Source of the DNA: an uncultured bacterium
GTDB lineage: Bacteria > Zixibacteria > MSB-5A5 > CAIYYT01
Length of the DNA stretch: 64,000 nt
Reading direction: 5' to 3'
NCBI GenBank assembly: GCA_963726455.1
Contig: CAVSCK010000003.1
Location: 544,001 to 608,000, forward strand
The first letter of the stretch is position 1; every line of letters begins with the position of its first letter. The notes beneath the pieces are model-generated. The model had not been told where the DNA came from. It saw only the letters and a program-made list of their open reading frames with translations, and made no database searches. Position numbers and translations under genes: made by a program. This document shows, in pieces, positions 41,867 to 51,898 of the stretch.

Positions 41867-42904
41867 ATGAATCGAGGATGGAAGGCATCGGTCAGAATAC
41901 TGGTGCTGGCAATTGCGGCATCCGCGGCCGGCTTGACGCCGCTCTTGGGACAGACATTGATGGAGCAAGCGAGAACCTACTTTGCTCCCCTGCCGAAGGT
42001 TATGGATTCCAAGGAGAACACTGTCACGCCGGAGAAGGCGAAACTCGGCAAGACGCTGTTCTACGAAACGAGAATCTCGGTTGATCGAACTGTGAGCTGT
42101 TCCAAATGTCACAAAATAGCGCTCTACGGAACCGACGGATTGAAAAAAGCCATCGGCAATCACTACAAGACCAATCCCAGAAACGCACCAACGGTGTTCA
42201 ATGCTGCCGCGCAAATCTCGGAACACTGGATCGGAAATCGCACCTCAGTTGAGGATCAGGCAAAACAGGCGCTGGTCGGACCGCCGTCCTACGGGCTGGC
42301 GTCATACGCTGATGCGGAGAAATTCCTGCGCAGTGTTCCCGGCTATCAAACATTGTTCGCGGAAGCGTTCCCTAACGACAAGGAGCCGGTCACCGCAGAC
42401 AATTTTGCCAAAGCCATCGGCGCGTGGGAGCGAACTCTGGTAACACCATCGCCGTTCGATGATTATCTGAATGGTGATACTACGAAGCTGGATGCTGCTC
42501 AGAAGGCCGGGCTGGCGATGTTTATGGGTGTCGGCTGTGCGCGCTGCCACAACGGTCCTTATGTCGGCGGCGAAATGTATGAGAAATTCGGGATCAAACA
42601 GCCCTATTGGAATTTGACGCACAGCCCGGAAATAGACTCCGGACGATTCGTCGTCACACGCAGCGACGCAGATATGTTTGTCTTCAAGATTCCAGTGCTT
42701 CGGAACGTCGCCATGACGTCGCCCTATTTTCATGACGGCTCTGTGGATAGTCTGAGTAACGCCGTGAAGATTATGGCGCAAGTTCAATTGGGAGTGACGC
42801 TGGATGAAAGCCAAGCCGGCTTGATTGTTGCTTTCCTCAAAAGCTTGACCGGCCAGATACCGCAGGACGCACTAGAAGTGCCGATTCTGCCGCGGGAAGA
42901 TTAA
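41867..42904 (+). CDS. Di-heme cytochrome c peroxidase
   Basis: Signal peptide; CSKCH and CARCH heme motifs; RNAPTV; FKIPVLRNV..T.PYFHDG. Confidence 0.92.
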   Translation: MNRGWKASVRILVLAIAASAAGLTPLLGQTLMEQARTYFAPLPKVMDSKENTVTPEKAKLGKTLFYETRISVDRTVSCSKCHKIALYGTDGLKKAIGNHYKTNPRNAPTVFNAAAQISEHWIGNRTSVEDQAKQALVGPPSYGLASYADAEKFLRSVPGYQTLFAEAFPNDKEPVTADNFAKAIGAWERTLVTPSPFDDYLNGDTTKLDAAQKAGLAMFMGVGCARCHNGPYVGGEMYEKFGIKQPYWNLTHSPEIDSGRFVVTRSDADMFVFKIPVLRNVAMTSPYFHDGSVDSLSNAVKIMAQVQLGVTLDESQAGLIVAFLKSLTGQIPQDALEVPILPRED

Positions 42905-42988
42905 GTGACGCATTTGGACCGAGAACAGTCCTGACGCTCGGATGCGCGGTTGTAATGACTTCGATCTTCCCCATTGAGGCGGGTTTCC

Positions 42989-44026
42989 TTAACGTAGCCA
43001 GGACTCTACCAGCCGCACCCTCTTATTGGGGCAGTCAATCTCCGCTTTGATTCCGAGTGGGAGAACGAGTTGGGGGTCAGTGTGGCCAATATCAAAGTTT
43101 GCAACGATAGGTAAGTCGGGCTTGCCGAATTCGTTAGCGACGATGGAAACGATGTTCACCTCCAATTCGGTCTTTTCTTCATTGGAGTAGTCTCTGGCGC
43201 GAGAGAAGATGAATCCGTTTATCCGGTCGAATACGCCGTGACGGCCATAATCTCTCAGCACCTGTTCAACGTAATGGATTGACGGTTTTCCTTCGGAAGT
43301 TTCGAGGAAGAATACTTTCCCGTTCCAAAAATCCGGCGCTGGCCAAAAGTCTGTTGTCTTCATCATTTCCAAAACCTCTATGCAACCGCCGAATAATTCG
43401 CCCCGTACCGTTGTTGCGCCCTGCAGCCAATGCCAACCGTCATTTGCTTTCAGCAGATTCACCTTTCCAAGATTCTCCGCGTTCGCCCACTCGGGATAGC
43501 CGTCGCAATACTCACTATATGCTCGGTACTCATAACTTTCCTTTGGCTCGAAGAGAATTTCCCGGACATGCGACTTGAACCTCTGCGGTAGACTCTCCAT
43601 CTGCGAAAAACCTGCCATGATGGAGGGGCCATAGAAACTTACCAGTCCCTTCAAGCCGCACAATACGTGGAGCGTGGAAGTATCGGAATAGCCCATCAGG
43701 ATTTTCGGATTGTTCGCGATAATCTTTCCATCTACGAATGGCAATATTCGCACGGAATCGTCGCCACCGATGGAGGCGAATACTGCCTTAACTTCAGGGT
43801 TGGCAAACGCATCGTTAATGTCACGAGCACGCACTGCCGGATTTACCCTCAGGAAGTCAGCGTCCATTCTCGCAGTAGGAAACTCCTTTATCTTCAGATC
43901 CCATTCCCGCAAGACCTTGAGGCCGTTTTCGTACACGTGCGGATGCACGCTCGGACCTCCCCAGGAAGGAGACACAATTGCCACAGTATCCCTTTGTTTC
44001 AGGCGTTTGGGCTTTTTGTACATCAT
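42989..44026 (-). CDS. S66 family LD-carboxypeptidase / MccF-like peptidase
   Basis: IVSPS, IGGDDS, GYSD (Ser), FLETSE, IGHTDP. Confidence 0.9.
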   Translation of the reverse strand: MMYKKPKRLKQRDTVAIVSPSWGGPSVHPHVYENGLKVLREWDLKIKEFPTARMDADFLRVNPAVRARDINDAFANPEVKAVFASIGGDDSVRILPFVDGKIIANNPKILMGYSDTSTLHVLCGLKGLVSFYGPSIMAGFSQMESLPQRFKSHVREILFEPKESYEYRAYSEYCDGYPEWANAENLGKVNLLKANDGWHWLQGATTVRGELFGGCIEVLEMMKTTDFWPAPDFWNGKVFFLETSEGKPSIHYVEQVLRDYGRHGVFDRINGFIFSRARDYSNEEKTELEVNIVSIVANEFGKPDLPIVANFDIGHTDPQLVLPLGIKAEIDCPNKRVRLVESWLR

Positions 44027-44130
44027 AGCTAGATCACCGAACTGTGCATTGGAAGATGCAGCGAATTGAAATTCCCCCGAAAGACGGCCTGCGAACCCGC
44101 GTGGCGGGCGAGCCCACATTTTCTATTAAC

Positions 44131-44220
44131 TGGCGGAGAGTGAGGGATTCGAACCCCCGGTCCCCGTAAAGGGACAACGGTTTTCAAGACCGCCGCTTTC
44201 GACCGCTCAGCCAACTCTCC
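44131..44220 (-). tRNA. tRNA-Ser(TGA)
   Basis: GGAGAGTTGGCTGAGCGG...TCTTGAAAA anticodon loop, long variable arm, GGTTCGAATCC, encoded CCA. Confidence 0.96.
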
Positions 44221-44413
44221 GGACGGAATATAAAAAGATGCCCTCTCGACGCAACAGAAATGAACCGCGAACCGGTCAAGAATTCGCTCCACCTCGAACG
44301 TATTAGATACGCAAACTGCGAATCGACCAAATGTGATTGACGGAACCACCGCAGTGGATTACCGTATCCATAAACAATGACTGGATAATACCTGAAGCAT
44401 TAAGGAGCAAACT

Positions 44414-44937
44414 ATGGCAGAAACCTACCTGGTTTACCGAACCGTCCGGGACTTTGTCCACGGCTGGAAAAACGAATCGGACGGCACTCGCAAACTGCTC
44501 GGGGCGCTGACCGACGCATCGCTGAAACACGCCGTGCACAAAGACCATCGCACCATCGGCAGAGTGGTGTGGCACATCTGCTGCTTCGATTCCCGAGATG
44601 GCCAGTCACACGGGCCTCAAAGTCGATGGCCCGACCGACAAGGATCCGATTCCGACCTCAGCCGCCGAAATTCAGAAGATATATGACAGATCGGCACAGC
44701 AGCTTCTGGAACAGGTGCAGGGCAGACTGGAAAGATGAAACGCTCACTCAGATTGACGACCTGTATGGCGAGAAGTGGCTGCGCGGGTTGACTCTGGGAA
44801 TTCTGCTCAGCCATGAAGTTCACCATCGCGGACAACTGACCGTGCTGATGCGTTCGGCAGGGTTGCCGGTTCCGGGAGTGTATGGGCCGTCCAAAGAGGA
44901 ATGGGTGAACTACGGAGCCAATCCGCCGGAAGTGTAG
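44414..44937 (+). CDS. DinB/YfiT family protein with two frameshifts (~44580, ~44720)
   Basis: RTIGRVVWHI at the N-terminus; HEVHHRGQLTVLMR..G..VPGVYGPS at the C-terminus; AAGGAG RBS. Confidence 0.8.
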
Positions 44938-44987
44938 GCGGGAACAGGCACTCAATACCCTGTAACTTGGGAGTCGTTTGCTTAACG

Positions 44988-45063
44988 GTCGCGACTAAAG
45001 TCGCTCCTACATATAAGAGGATCTACGGACCTGCAGATTTGTAGGAGCGACTTTAGTCGCGAC
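44988..45063. repeat. REPIN-like doublet of GTAG-family REP sequences
   Basis: Perfect 24-bp inverted repeats (TGTAGGAGCGACTTTAGTCGCGAC) at 44988-45011 and 45040-45063, each with an internal GCGACT-tt-AGTCGC palindrome. Confidence 0.8.
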
Positions 45064-45099
45064 TCCCCTTTAGATAGGCCGATCAGAATTGTGGAAATC

Positions 45100-46078
45100 A
45101 GGAAAGTGTTTCGTGGGCCCACATTGACATGCGTGACATGTCCCACCAGTTGCGGCTGAAAATGCGAACGGCCAGATATCGGGTAAAGCCGTCGGCGCGC
45201 TGGCCAAGTCTCATTGATGCGGCGGCGCGCTTCCTGCAGGTAGAGCGCGAGTTTCTGGTCAATCGGCAGCGATGTCCTCCTGTCCCTCAAGGAAACGGAA
45301 ATCCTCGCCGACGATGATGACATCGCGCAGATACGGCGTAGTGCTCCAACGACACATGGCGTCTTCGCCGTTGTCAATTGTCGTCACGATAATATCGAAA
45401 TTGGCGCTGCGCCATAACGCCGAGCCGTTCCGCCATCATCAATCCAAATACGTCATCGCCCTTGTTACAGCTTAATATGCTTTCATGATAGCGATGCGGT
45501 ACCCGCTGATAGTACATCTTGCCGTTGTACATTTCGTAGTAGCCCTTGTCCTCGTCGCGCAGCAGCTGCTTCGGTCTCTTCGGGGCTGGTGATGATCGGA
45601 CCCATGCGGCCGTTGTTGGGATCGAAGATGTACTCCTTGCCTTCGACCGTGAGCAAGCATGGAACAGTGCAGAATCTGTGGCAGGGCAAATCCGGAAACC
45701 CAGGAACCGATTCCGATTTCATCCGCCTTGCGCGAGTCAAAGGGTCGATTGGAACCGCGAATCGAGCCGCCAAAAACGCAGTCCACATTTTCAAAACCGG
45801 CCTCCCTGAACAGAGATACTTGAGCGCCATGTTCTTCTCGATACAGTGACCGCCAAAACCTTCCAGCATTCCCTGCAGAAATTCCTGCGGAGATTTCTGA
45901 TACTGGCAGTCGAAGCGGCCACTGAAATGCGAGTAGAACTCAAAATCGGCGTGGAATACGGCGCTGTATAGCTTCTTGGCAGCTCATGCCCGGGAAATTC
46001 GATGTGCGCAAATCGCAGGGCGATATTGCAGTAACGAGGATCATTGTTGATATAATCCATCACTTCCGGGCTGATCAT
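45100..46078 (-). pseudogene. Multiply frameshifted arylamine N-acetyltransferase/transglutaminase-like protein (3' end approximate)
   Basis: Fragments in different frames give FGGHCIEKN (Cys), ILHCSML (His) and LTVEGKEYIFDPNNG (Asp). Confidence 0.5.
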
Positions 46079-46270
46079 GCCACTATATTACACGATTTAG
46101 ACCTTAATAGCCAACGATTTTCTTGTTTTGCCTGCCGCCATCCCCTGCTGCCTCGAGCGAGACCGCGCATTTGCCGACATAATATTGGGATACTTTTTGT
46201 TCACGACCTATTGGGGGACGCTCCCAATTTGCTCGATCCGAGCGATCGACACCGGCATAAAGGAAGGCAT

Positions 46271-48919
46271 ATGATGCAAAGATCAAAAGCGCTTGGTTTG
46301 ATTCTTGTGGTCGCGCTGACGGCGACACAGATCATCCATTGCTCCGGGAAAGACAAAGGCACCACGCCGACACCGTCTACCGTCCAAATGAGCGGAACGC
46401 TTTCGTTTCCGAATTTGTCAACAGTGGCGCTAAGTGACATTACTGTAGGTTTCGGCAGCAATGAGACTTCGCCGGATACGTCCGGCAGATTCAGGATCAC
46501 CGGCAATACGCACGTCGTTGGCGTTGCCATGGCCTACGATCAGGACATGATTCCGATGCTGATGAGCGTCTGTCCTGATCCGACAGCGAATACGGCTCTC
46601 GGCCTAGATGTGCACTCCACGGCCATTTCGATGGCGTTTCTCGATCCATACATATGCAACACAGACCCGGCGCACGCAGGAGAGATCGTTCAACGAATTG
46701 AGACACTGCCCGAACTGACGGAGTTCGAGGATTTATTGGCGGGTAAATTGGCCGCAGATCCGAAGGCGCTGGGAAGCGAGGATGCCGAGATTGATTCCGG
46801 TCTCAGCCGGTTGGTGCTCGCTTATTATAACTCCTATCCTCAGGAAGTCAGCAAACGAATCGATGCCGTCACGGGAGCGATATCCACCGGTCGCGCCAAA
46901 CTTGCGACCAGTCCACCCGAGATTGATCCCAGCTATACGAAGAGCGGACTGCAATTGACATGGGTGAGCGGAAATACTTACAAGATTACGAACAGCTATG
47001 GACGCTGGTGTTATGCCTGCACGCCGGATGATTCTTTCTTCGTGTTTCCGAACGGTGACCTGCTCGATTGGATCAGGCAGGATCGGCCGTTTCCGCCATC
47101 CGAGCGCAAGTTTGATATGGAGGTCACCGCCGGACAAGACACCTCATGGGTGGAGATTTACGGCTATGGATTTTGGGGCAACCCGGCGAATGCCTGGGAC
47201 AGTCTGTCGCATGCCGAAAAGAATTGTGTACACGCCGGTGGTATCACCACGGTCACGATGGAGCTGTTCACTTCCGTGGTTTCCGCCCTCTGCAATACGC
47301 CGCGCGTGTTCGGAAATGAAAAAATCGCCAAGCTCTGGGGCCGCACCGGCTGGGGTTTTATCACAGACAATGCCCGCATCGTACAACGCCTTGAAGAATA
47401 CATCAAAGCCGACAACCCGATCGGCGCTTCCTGGTGGCTCACCAAACAGATCATGAGCCAGTTTGTCAACTCGGCAGATTATCGCGCGTTCCTGTGTCAA
47501 GCTACCGGGTTACAGATCACCGAGGGAATGCTAGGCAAAATTGGCGCGATACTGAACGTGCCGGCCAAGGTAGTGATAACGACCAACAATTTGACATCCG
47601 TGTTCAAAGCCGTGTTGGCGTTACGCAACGCCTACTTCGCGACATACTTCAAGGTCTGGCGCGAATGGGAGGACTACGGTTCAATCAGCGGACAGGTTGC
47701 CGCCAAGAACAGCGGCACTGGAATCTCAGGCGCCACAGTGACACTGGCAGGAGATGAGAACAACCCACTCAATCCCGCGCATCAGGTGACGACCGATGCC
47801 CAGGGACATTATCGCTTCGACAATATCGGGGTGGGCTCAAAGGAATTGACCGCATCCAAATCGGGGTTTACGACGAATACGGCTACCGTCACTGTGGTCA
47901 AGGATCAGACCGTAACCGCAAATATTCAATTGGAAGCCGCGGCTGCCGGTTTGAGCGGAAGAGTCTTGAATGAGATCTTCGTCAACAACAGTGTGAGCCC
48001 GGCCAATTTCCGGGGCACAGTTGACATAACGGCTCAGGAAATTGGCGGCCAGAACCAAACCCTGGGAACACACGCCATTGAAGGCGTCTACTCGCTCAGT
48101 TTGACGCCCGGCAACTGGTGGGTCGTTGCCACGCATGCCGACTACAAGTCTGATTCCGTGAGTATCAGCGTGTCCGGCAGTGGTAGCGCGGCGCCGCCGC
48201 GTGATCTGGTGCTTAAACCGGATCCCAAGATGACGGGCTCAGTCTCCATCAACACCGACAATCAGCCGGGGTACGAGATCAATTTCGAGATGGATTTTCC
48301 TCAAGTCGGTCTGACCAAACCGCAACTGTATACCAATCCATGTATTCATGGCGGCCAGCCGCAGAATTATATGGGCGGAATTGGCATGCGAGGATATTCC
48401 GGCAACGATTATGATTGGCTCGAACTCGATCTCAACAGCGCCCTGATCACCGAGTCCGGTGATTTTCATGTCGGCGGCTCTGACTATTTCGGTTGCACCG
48501 GCTTCAACTCACCAGCGATGATCGTCTTCGGGACAACTCGCGCACATTGTCTTTACTATCAGGCATACTCATTCCCGATGAGTTACCAGATTATGGACGG
48601 TCCCAATGATTATGGCTGCAATTGCGGCGTCGGTTTTGACCAGACGGTCACTATCACTGAATGGGGTACCGAACTGGGAGACATCGTCGCCGGCAGATTC
48701 GTCGTCAACCTCCCTGGCTCCACCACTTGCGAATGTTCGGGTAACGACACCAACGGCGACGGCGTAGTTGACCATTGGGATGTCGGTTGCAGTCAAGTCA
48801 TGGTCGAAATGGAATTTCGATTGCTGGTGGGGAGCGACTACCTGGTCACTTTCCGGCCAAACGGTTCTCCCTCTCTGACTGGAAACAGCGACAAATCCCT
48901 GGTGGACCCGCCCAAATAG
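46271..48919 (+). CDS. Large lipoprotein with carboxypeptidase-regulatory-like domain(s) and a Cys-rich C-terminus (paralog 1)
   Basis: Lipoprotein-like signal ending IIHC-SGKDKG; GSISGQV...ISGATVTL...TTDAQGHYRF...ASKSGF; DTNGDG loop. Confidence 0.8.
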   Translation: MMQRSKALGLILVVALTATQIIHCSGKDKGTTPTPSTVQMSGTLSFPNLSTVALSDITVGFGSNETSPDTSGRFRITGNTHVVGVAMAYDQDMIPMLMSVCPDPTANTALGLDVHSTAISMAFLDPYICNTDPAHAGEIVQRIETLPELTEFEDLLAGKLAADPKALGSEDAEIDSGLSRLVLAYYNSYPQEVSKRIDAVTGAISTGRAKLATSPPEIDPSYTKSGLQLTWVSGNTYKITNSYGRWCYACTPDDSFFVFPNGDLLDWIRQDRPFPPSERKFDMEVTAGQDTSWVEIYGYGFWGNPANAWDSLSHAEKNCVHAGGITTVTMELFTSVVSALCNTPRVFGNEKIAKLWGRTGWGFITDNARIVQRLEEYIKADNPIGASWWLTKQIMSQFVNSADYRAFLCQATGLQITEGMLGKIGAILNVPAKVVITTNNLTSVFKAVLALRNAYFATYFKVWREWEDYGSISGQVAAKNSGTGISGATVTLAGDENNPLNPAHQVTTDAQGHYRFDNIGVGSKELTASKSGFTTNTATVTVVKDQTVTANIQLEAAAAGLSGRVLNEIFVNNSVSPANFRGTVDITAQEIGGQNQTLGTHAIEGVYSLSLTPGNWWVVATHADYKSDSVSISVSGSGSAAPPRDLVLKPDPKMTGSVSINTDNQPGYEINFEMDFPQVGLTKPQLYTNPCIHGGQPQNYMGGIGMRGYSGNDYDWLELDLNSALITESGDFHVGGSDYFGCTGFNSPAMIVFGTTRAHCLYYQAYSFPMSYQIMDGPNDYGCNCGVGFDQTVTITEWGTELGDIVAGRFVVNLPGSTTCECSGNDTNGDGVVDHWDVGCSQVMVEMEFRLLVGSDYLVTFRPNGSPSLTGNSDKSLVDPPK

Positions 48920-48957
48920 ACAAAAGCATTTTCAGACGCAAAAGCGCAAGTACGACC

Positions 48958-48992
48958 AGCCGCCGATCCTGACATATCGGCGGCTTCTTTTT
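48958..48992 (+). terminator. Intrinsic terminator
   Basis: AGCCGCCGAT...ATCGGCGGCT followed by TCTTTTT. Confidence 0.8.
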
Positions 48993-49023
48993 GGCTTTCT
49001 GCAAACCAACTGCGAGGACTTGC

Positions 49024-49052
49024 TTGACAAGATGGAGGCCACAGCATACATT
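49024..49052 (+). promoter_or_regulatory. Sigma70 promoter
   Basis: TTGACA, 17-nt spacer, TACATT, upstream of an AAGGAG RBS. Confidence 0.6.
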
Positions 49053-49094
49053 ATTTTTGAAAGCTAGTGAATTCCTTCACAAAGGAGCAGAGTT

Positions 49095-51731
49095 ATGTCA
49101 AGTCGCATAGTCACGGCGCTGCTTATCGCCGTTGTGGCCGTCGCAGCGATCTTGCTGCAGTGTTCTAAAAAAGACAAGGGCACAAATCCACCGCCAAGTG
49201 TCGTCGAAATGTCCGGGCGACTCGACACGACTATATTATCCGGCATTCCACTTGATCAGGTCACTATTACGCATGGCGCCAACGTGTCGAGTGCTGACAC
49301 GGCTGGCGGCTTCACGGTCAAGGGCAACACCAACACGCCGGGGTTGGTGATGGCTGCCGATGCGAACGACAAAGTCCTGCTCATGAAGATCGTTTCGGAT
49401 CCTGCAAACAAATCGGCTTTGGAGATGAATGTTCATTCGACGGCGCAGGCAATCGTATTCCTGCACCCCTTTGTTTGCATTGCTGATCCCATAGAAGCAG
49501 CCGGCGTACTGAGCCAGATTGATGTCCTGCCGGAGTTCCAGAACCTCGAAACCTATCTCGACTCGAAAATGCAGTCTGATCCTCGGGGCCTGAACCTTGA
49601 AGATTCCCAGCTTGATTCCCTGGTCAGCCGGACCATTCTGGCGTACGTCGAGACCTATCCATCCCAATTATCGAAACTGCTCGGTATCGAGATCCCGATC
49701 GCGACAAACAAACTGAACACCGCGTTGGAAACGCCACCCGAAATCGAGCCAATTATTGAACGAGGAGGACTGAAGCTGACCTACGAAGGCAGTGACAAAT
49801 TCCGGATCTGGAATTCTCTCTGCCGCTGGGCGTTCTGCACGACACCGACCGACAGCTTTATGATCTTCCCGAGCGGGGATTTTCTCGACCTGATTAAGAA
49901 TTCCGGCACACCGTGGCCGCCATCAAAACGGGACTTCACCATGCACGTCACTCCGGGAGGTGATACCAGTCGCATTAACATCTATGGCTATGGGTTTCTG
50001 TTCCTGGAGTCAAACAAATGGCATGACCTTTCCATGCAAGAACGAAACTGGGCTCACGTAGCCGGATTGGCCACGATCATTTTCGAACTTGGGCGTCATA
50101 CCTTGGGAGTTGTGACAAACATCGCGGTCCCCCTGGCGGGTGATCGTATTGCGCCGCTGGTTCGAAACGATTTGTCACTGTTTTCCTTTTTCTACACTGA
50201 GCTAAACAATGCCGCCCGACTCGATCAGTATATCAACAATAACGACCCCTGGGGAGCAAGCTACTGGGTAATAAAACTGTTCTTCACACGTCTCATCTCA
50301 TCAGCGGATTATCGGGAGGCGTTCTATTCCATAACGGGAATTGCGCTGACTCAACAAGCGCTGCTCGGTCTCGGCAAATGGGTGGCGCTGCCGTTGAAAG
50401 CCGCAGTCGCCTTCAACAGCGTGTCACAGGGTTTTCGCGCGGCGTTGGGATTCGAGCGGAGTTTCTTCCGCACCAGCTTCAAAGTCTGGAAGGAATACAC
50501 CGAATTCGGAAATATTGAAGCAAATGTCGGTGATAAGCAGACCGGCCATGCAATTGAAGGAGTGGTGGTGACCGTTATCGGAGACGACAACAACCCGATG
50601 AATCCCGCTCATGAGTTAACTACTGATGCCAGCGGTTTCGTTCGATTCACCAACATCGGTACCGGCGAGCGAACACTGCAAGCCAGCAAGACCGGCTACA
50701 ACGGCAAGTCAGTGGCCGTAACCGTTGAGAAGGACAAGACTGTTTCGGTTGATATCGTGATGGAAAGGCAATCAGGCGGATTGTCGGGCAAAGTTCTCAA
50801 TGACATTCTCGTACACCACGGCGTTAGTCCGGCTTATTTCAAGGGCACTGTCGATATCAACGCCAACGAGATCGGCGGTCAACATCGGTCGGCCAACTCG
50901 TCGGCTTTCGATGGCCCATATAACATTACTTTGCCGCTGGGAAGCTGGTGGGTAATCGCATCACACGAAGACTACAAGCCCGATTCATTTTCGATTACGG
51001 TTTCTGCCGACGGCGCGATCACCGCGCCTCGCGATCTACTACTCAAACCTGATCCGAAAATGACCGGCGAGGTTTACGTCAACACGGATAACAGTGGAAG
51101 TTACGAGGTGCATTTTGTATTGAACCTGCCGCAGGTGGGATTGCGCAAACCCACTCTCTACGCCGACGAGTGCTATGAGGGGGGGCAGAAGCAATTGATT
51201 ATGGATGCGGCCGGCGTCAGGGGCTCCTCCAACTCGGATTTTGATTTCTTCCAGATCATATTCAATTCAGCACAGATCGAACAGGCGGGCGACTATCGTG
51301 CGTCGGGCATCGAGTATTTCGGGTGCACCGGCCATAGTGCTCCGGCTACCGCGGCATTCGGCACGTCTCGAACTCAATGCCTTTATGAGCAGATAATTCA
51401 TAGTCCGATGCTGTATTCTTTGTTCGATGATCCGGATTCCTACGGCTGCAACTGTGGCGCCAGTCTGACGCAATCCATTTTCCTCACTGACTGGGGAACG
51501 GAATTGGGGGACGTCGTCGCGGGCACATGCGTTCTCGATCTAGCCGGTTGGAATACCTGCGAATGCGGTGGAAACGACACCAACGATGACGGTAAAATCG
51601 ATTCATGGGACGTCTCCTGTTCGCAGGCGCGCGTTGACGTCGACTTCCGATTGCTGGTAGGGACTGAATATCTCGTTACGTTTACGCCCTCCGGTTCACG
51701 CGTATTCAAAGGTTCAGACGTACCCAAATAG
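49095..51731 (+). CDS. Large lipoprotein, paralog 2
   Basis: Signal ending ILLQC-SKKDKG; colinear similarity to 46271-48919 over the whole length. Confidence 0.85.
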   Translation: MSSRIVTALLIAVVAVAAILLQCSKKDKGTNPPPSVVEMSGRLDTTILSGIPLDQVTITHGANVSSADTAGGFTVKGNTNTPGLVMAADANDKVLLMKIVSDPANKSALEMNVHSTAQAIVFLHPFVCIADPIEAAGVLSQIDVLPEFQNLETYLDSKMQSDPRGLNLEDSQLDSLVSRTILAYVETYPSQLSKLLGIEIPIATNKLNTALETPPEIEPIIERGGLKLTYEGSDKFRIWNSLCRWAFCTTPTDSFMIFPSGDFLDLIKNSGTPWPPSKRDFTMHVTPGGDTSRINIYGYGFLFLESNKWHDLSMQERNWAHVAGLATIIFELGRHTLGVVTNIAVPLAGDRIAPLVRNDLSLFSFFYTELNNAARLDQYINNNDPWGASYWVIKLFFTRLISSADYREAFYSITGIALTQQALLGLGKWVALPLKAAVAFNSVSQGFRAALGFERSFFRTSFKVWKEYTEFGNIEANVGDKQTGHAIEGVVVTVIGDDNNPMNPAHELTTDASGFVRFTNIGTGERTLQASKTGYNGKSVAVTVEKDKTVSVDIVMERQSGGLSGKVLNDILVHHGVSPAYFKGTVDINANEIGGQHRSANSSAFDGPYNITLPLGSWWVIASHEDYKPDSFSITVSADGAITAPRDLLLKPDPKMTGEVYVNTDNSGSYEVHFVLNLPQVGLRKPTLYADECYEGGQKQLIMDAAGVRGSSNSDFDFFQIIFNSAQIEQAGDYRASGIEYFGCTGHSAPATAAFGTSRTQCLYEQIIHSPMLYSLFDDPDSYGCNCGASLTQSIFLTDWGTELGDVVAGTCVLDLAGWNTCECGGNDTNDDGKIDSWDVSCSQARVDVDFRLLVGTEYLVTFTPSGSRVFKGSDVPK

Positions 51732-51759
51732 CATGGGTCTGCCTTATCGAAACTTAACC

Positions 51760-51792
51760 AGCCGCCGGCGTTTCTGCCGGCGGCTTTGTTTT
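51760..51792 (+). terminator. Intrinsic terminator
   Basis: AGCCGCCGGC...GCCGGCGGCT followed by TTGTTTT; similar to the terminator of paralog 1. Confidence 0.75.
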
Positions 51793-51898
51793 GGCAATTT
51801 ATACAGAGCCTACCACCGGGGAATACGGCCGCTCATAAAGAAGGGTCGGAGTGTTGTCACATCCGACCCTTGAAGCTATTGGCGAATATCGAATTTTA

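Noticed and set aside
45986-46270. N-terminal ORF extensions (also 36375-36788, 59691-60041, 5650-5877, 1663-1890)
   Set aside because: They overlap neighbouring genes or promoters, and downstream starts have better RBS, signal-peptide or homology support.
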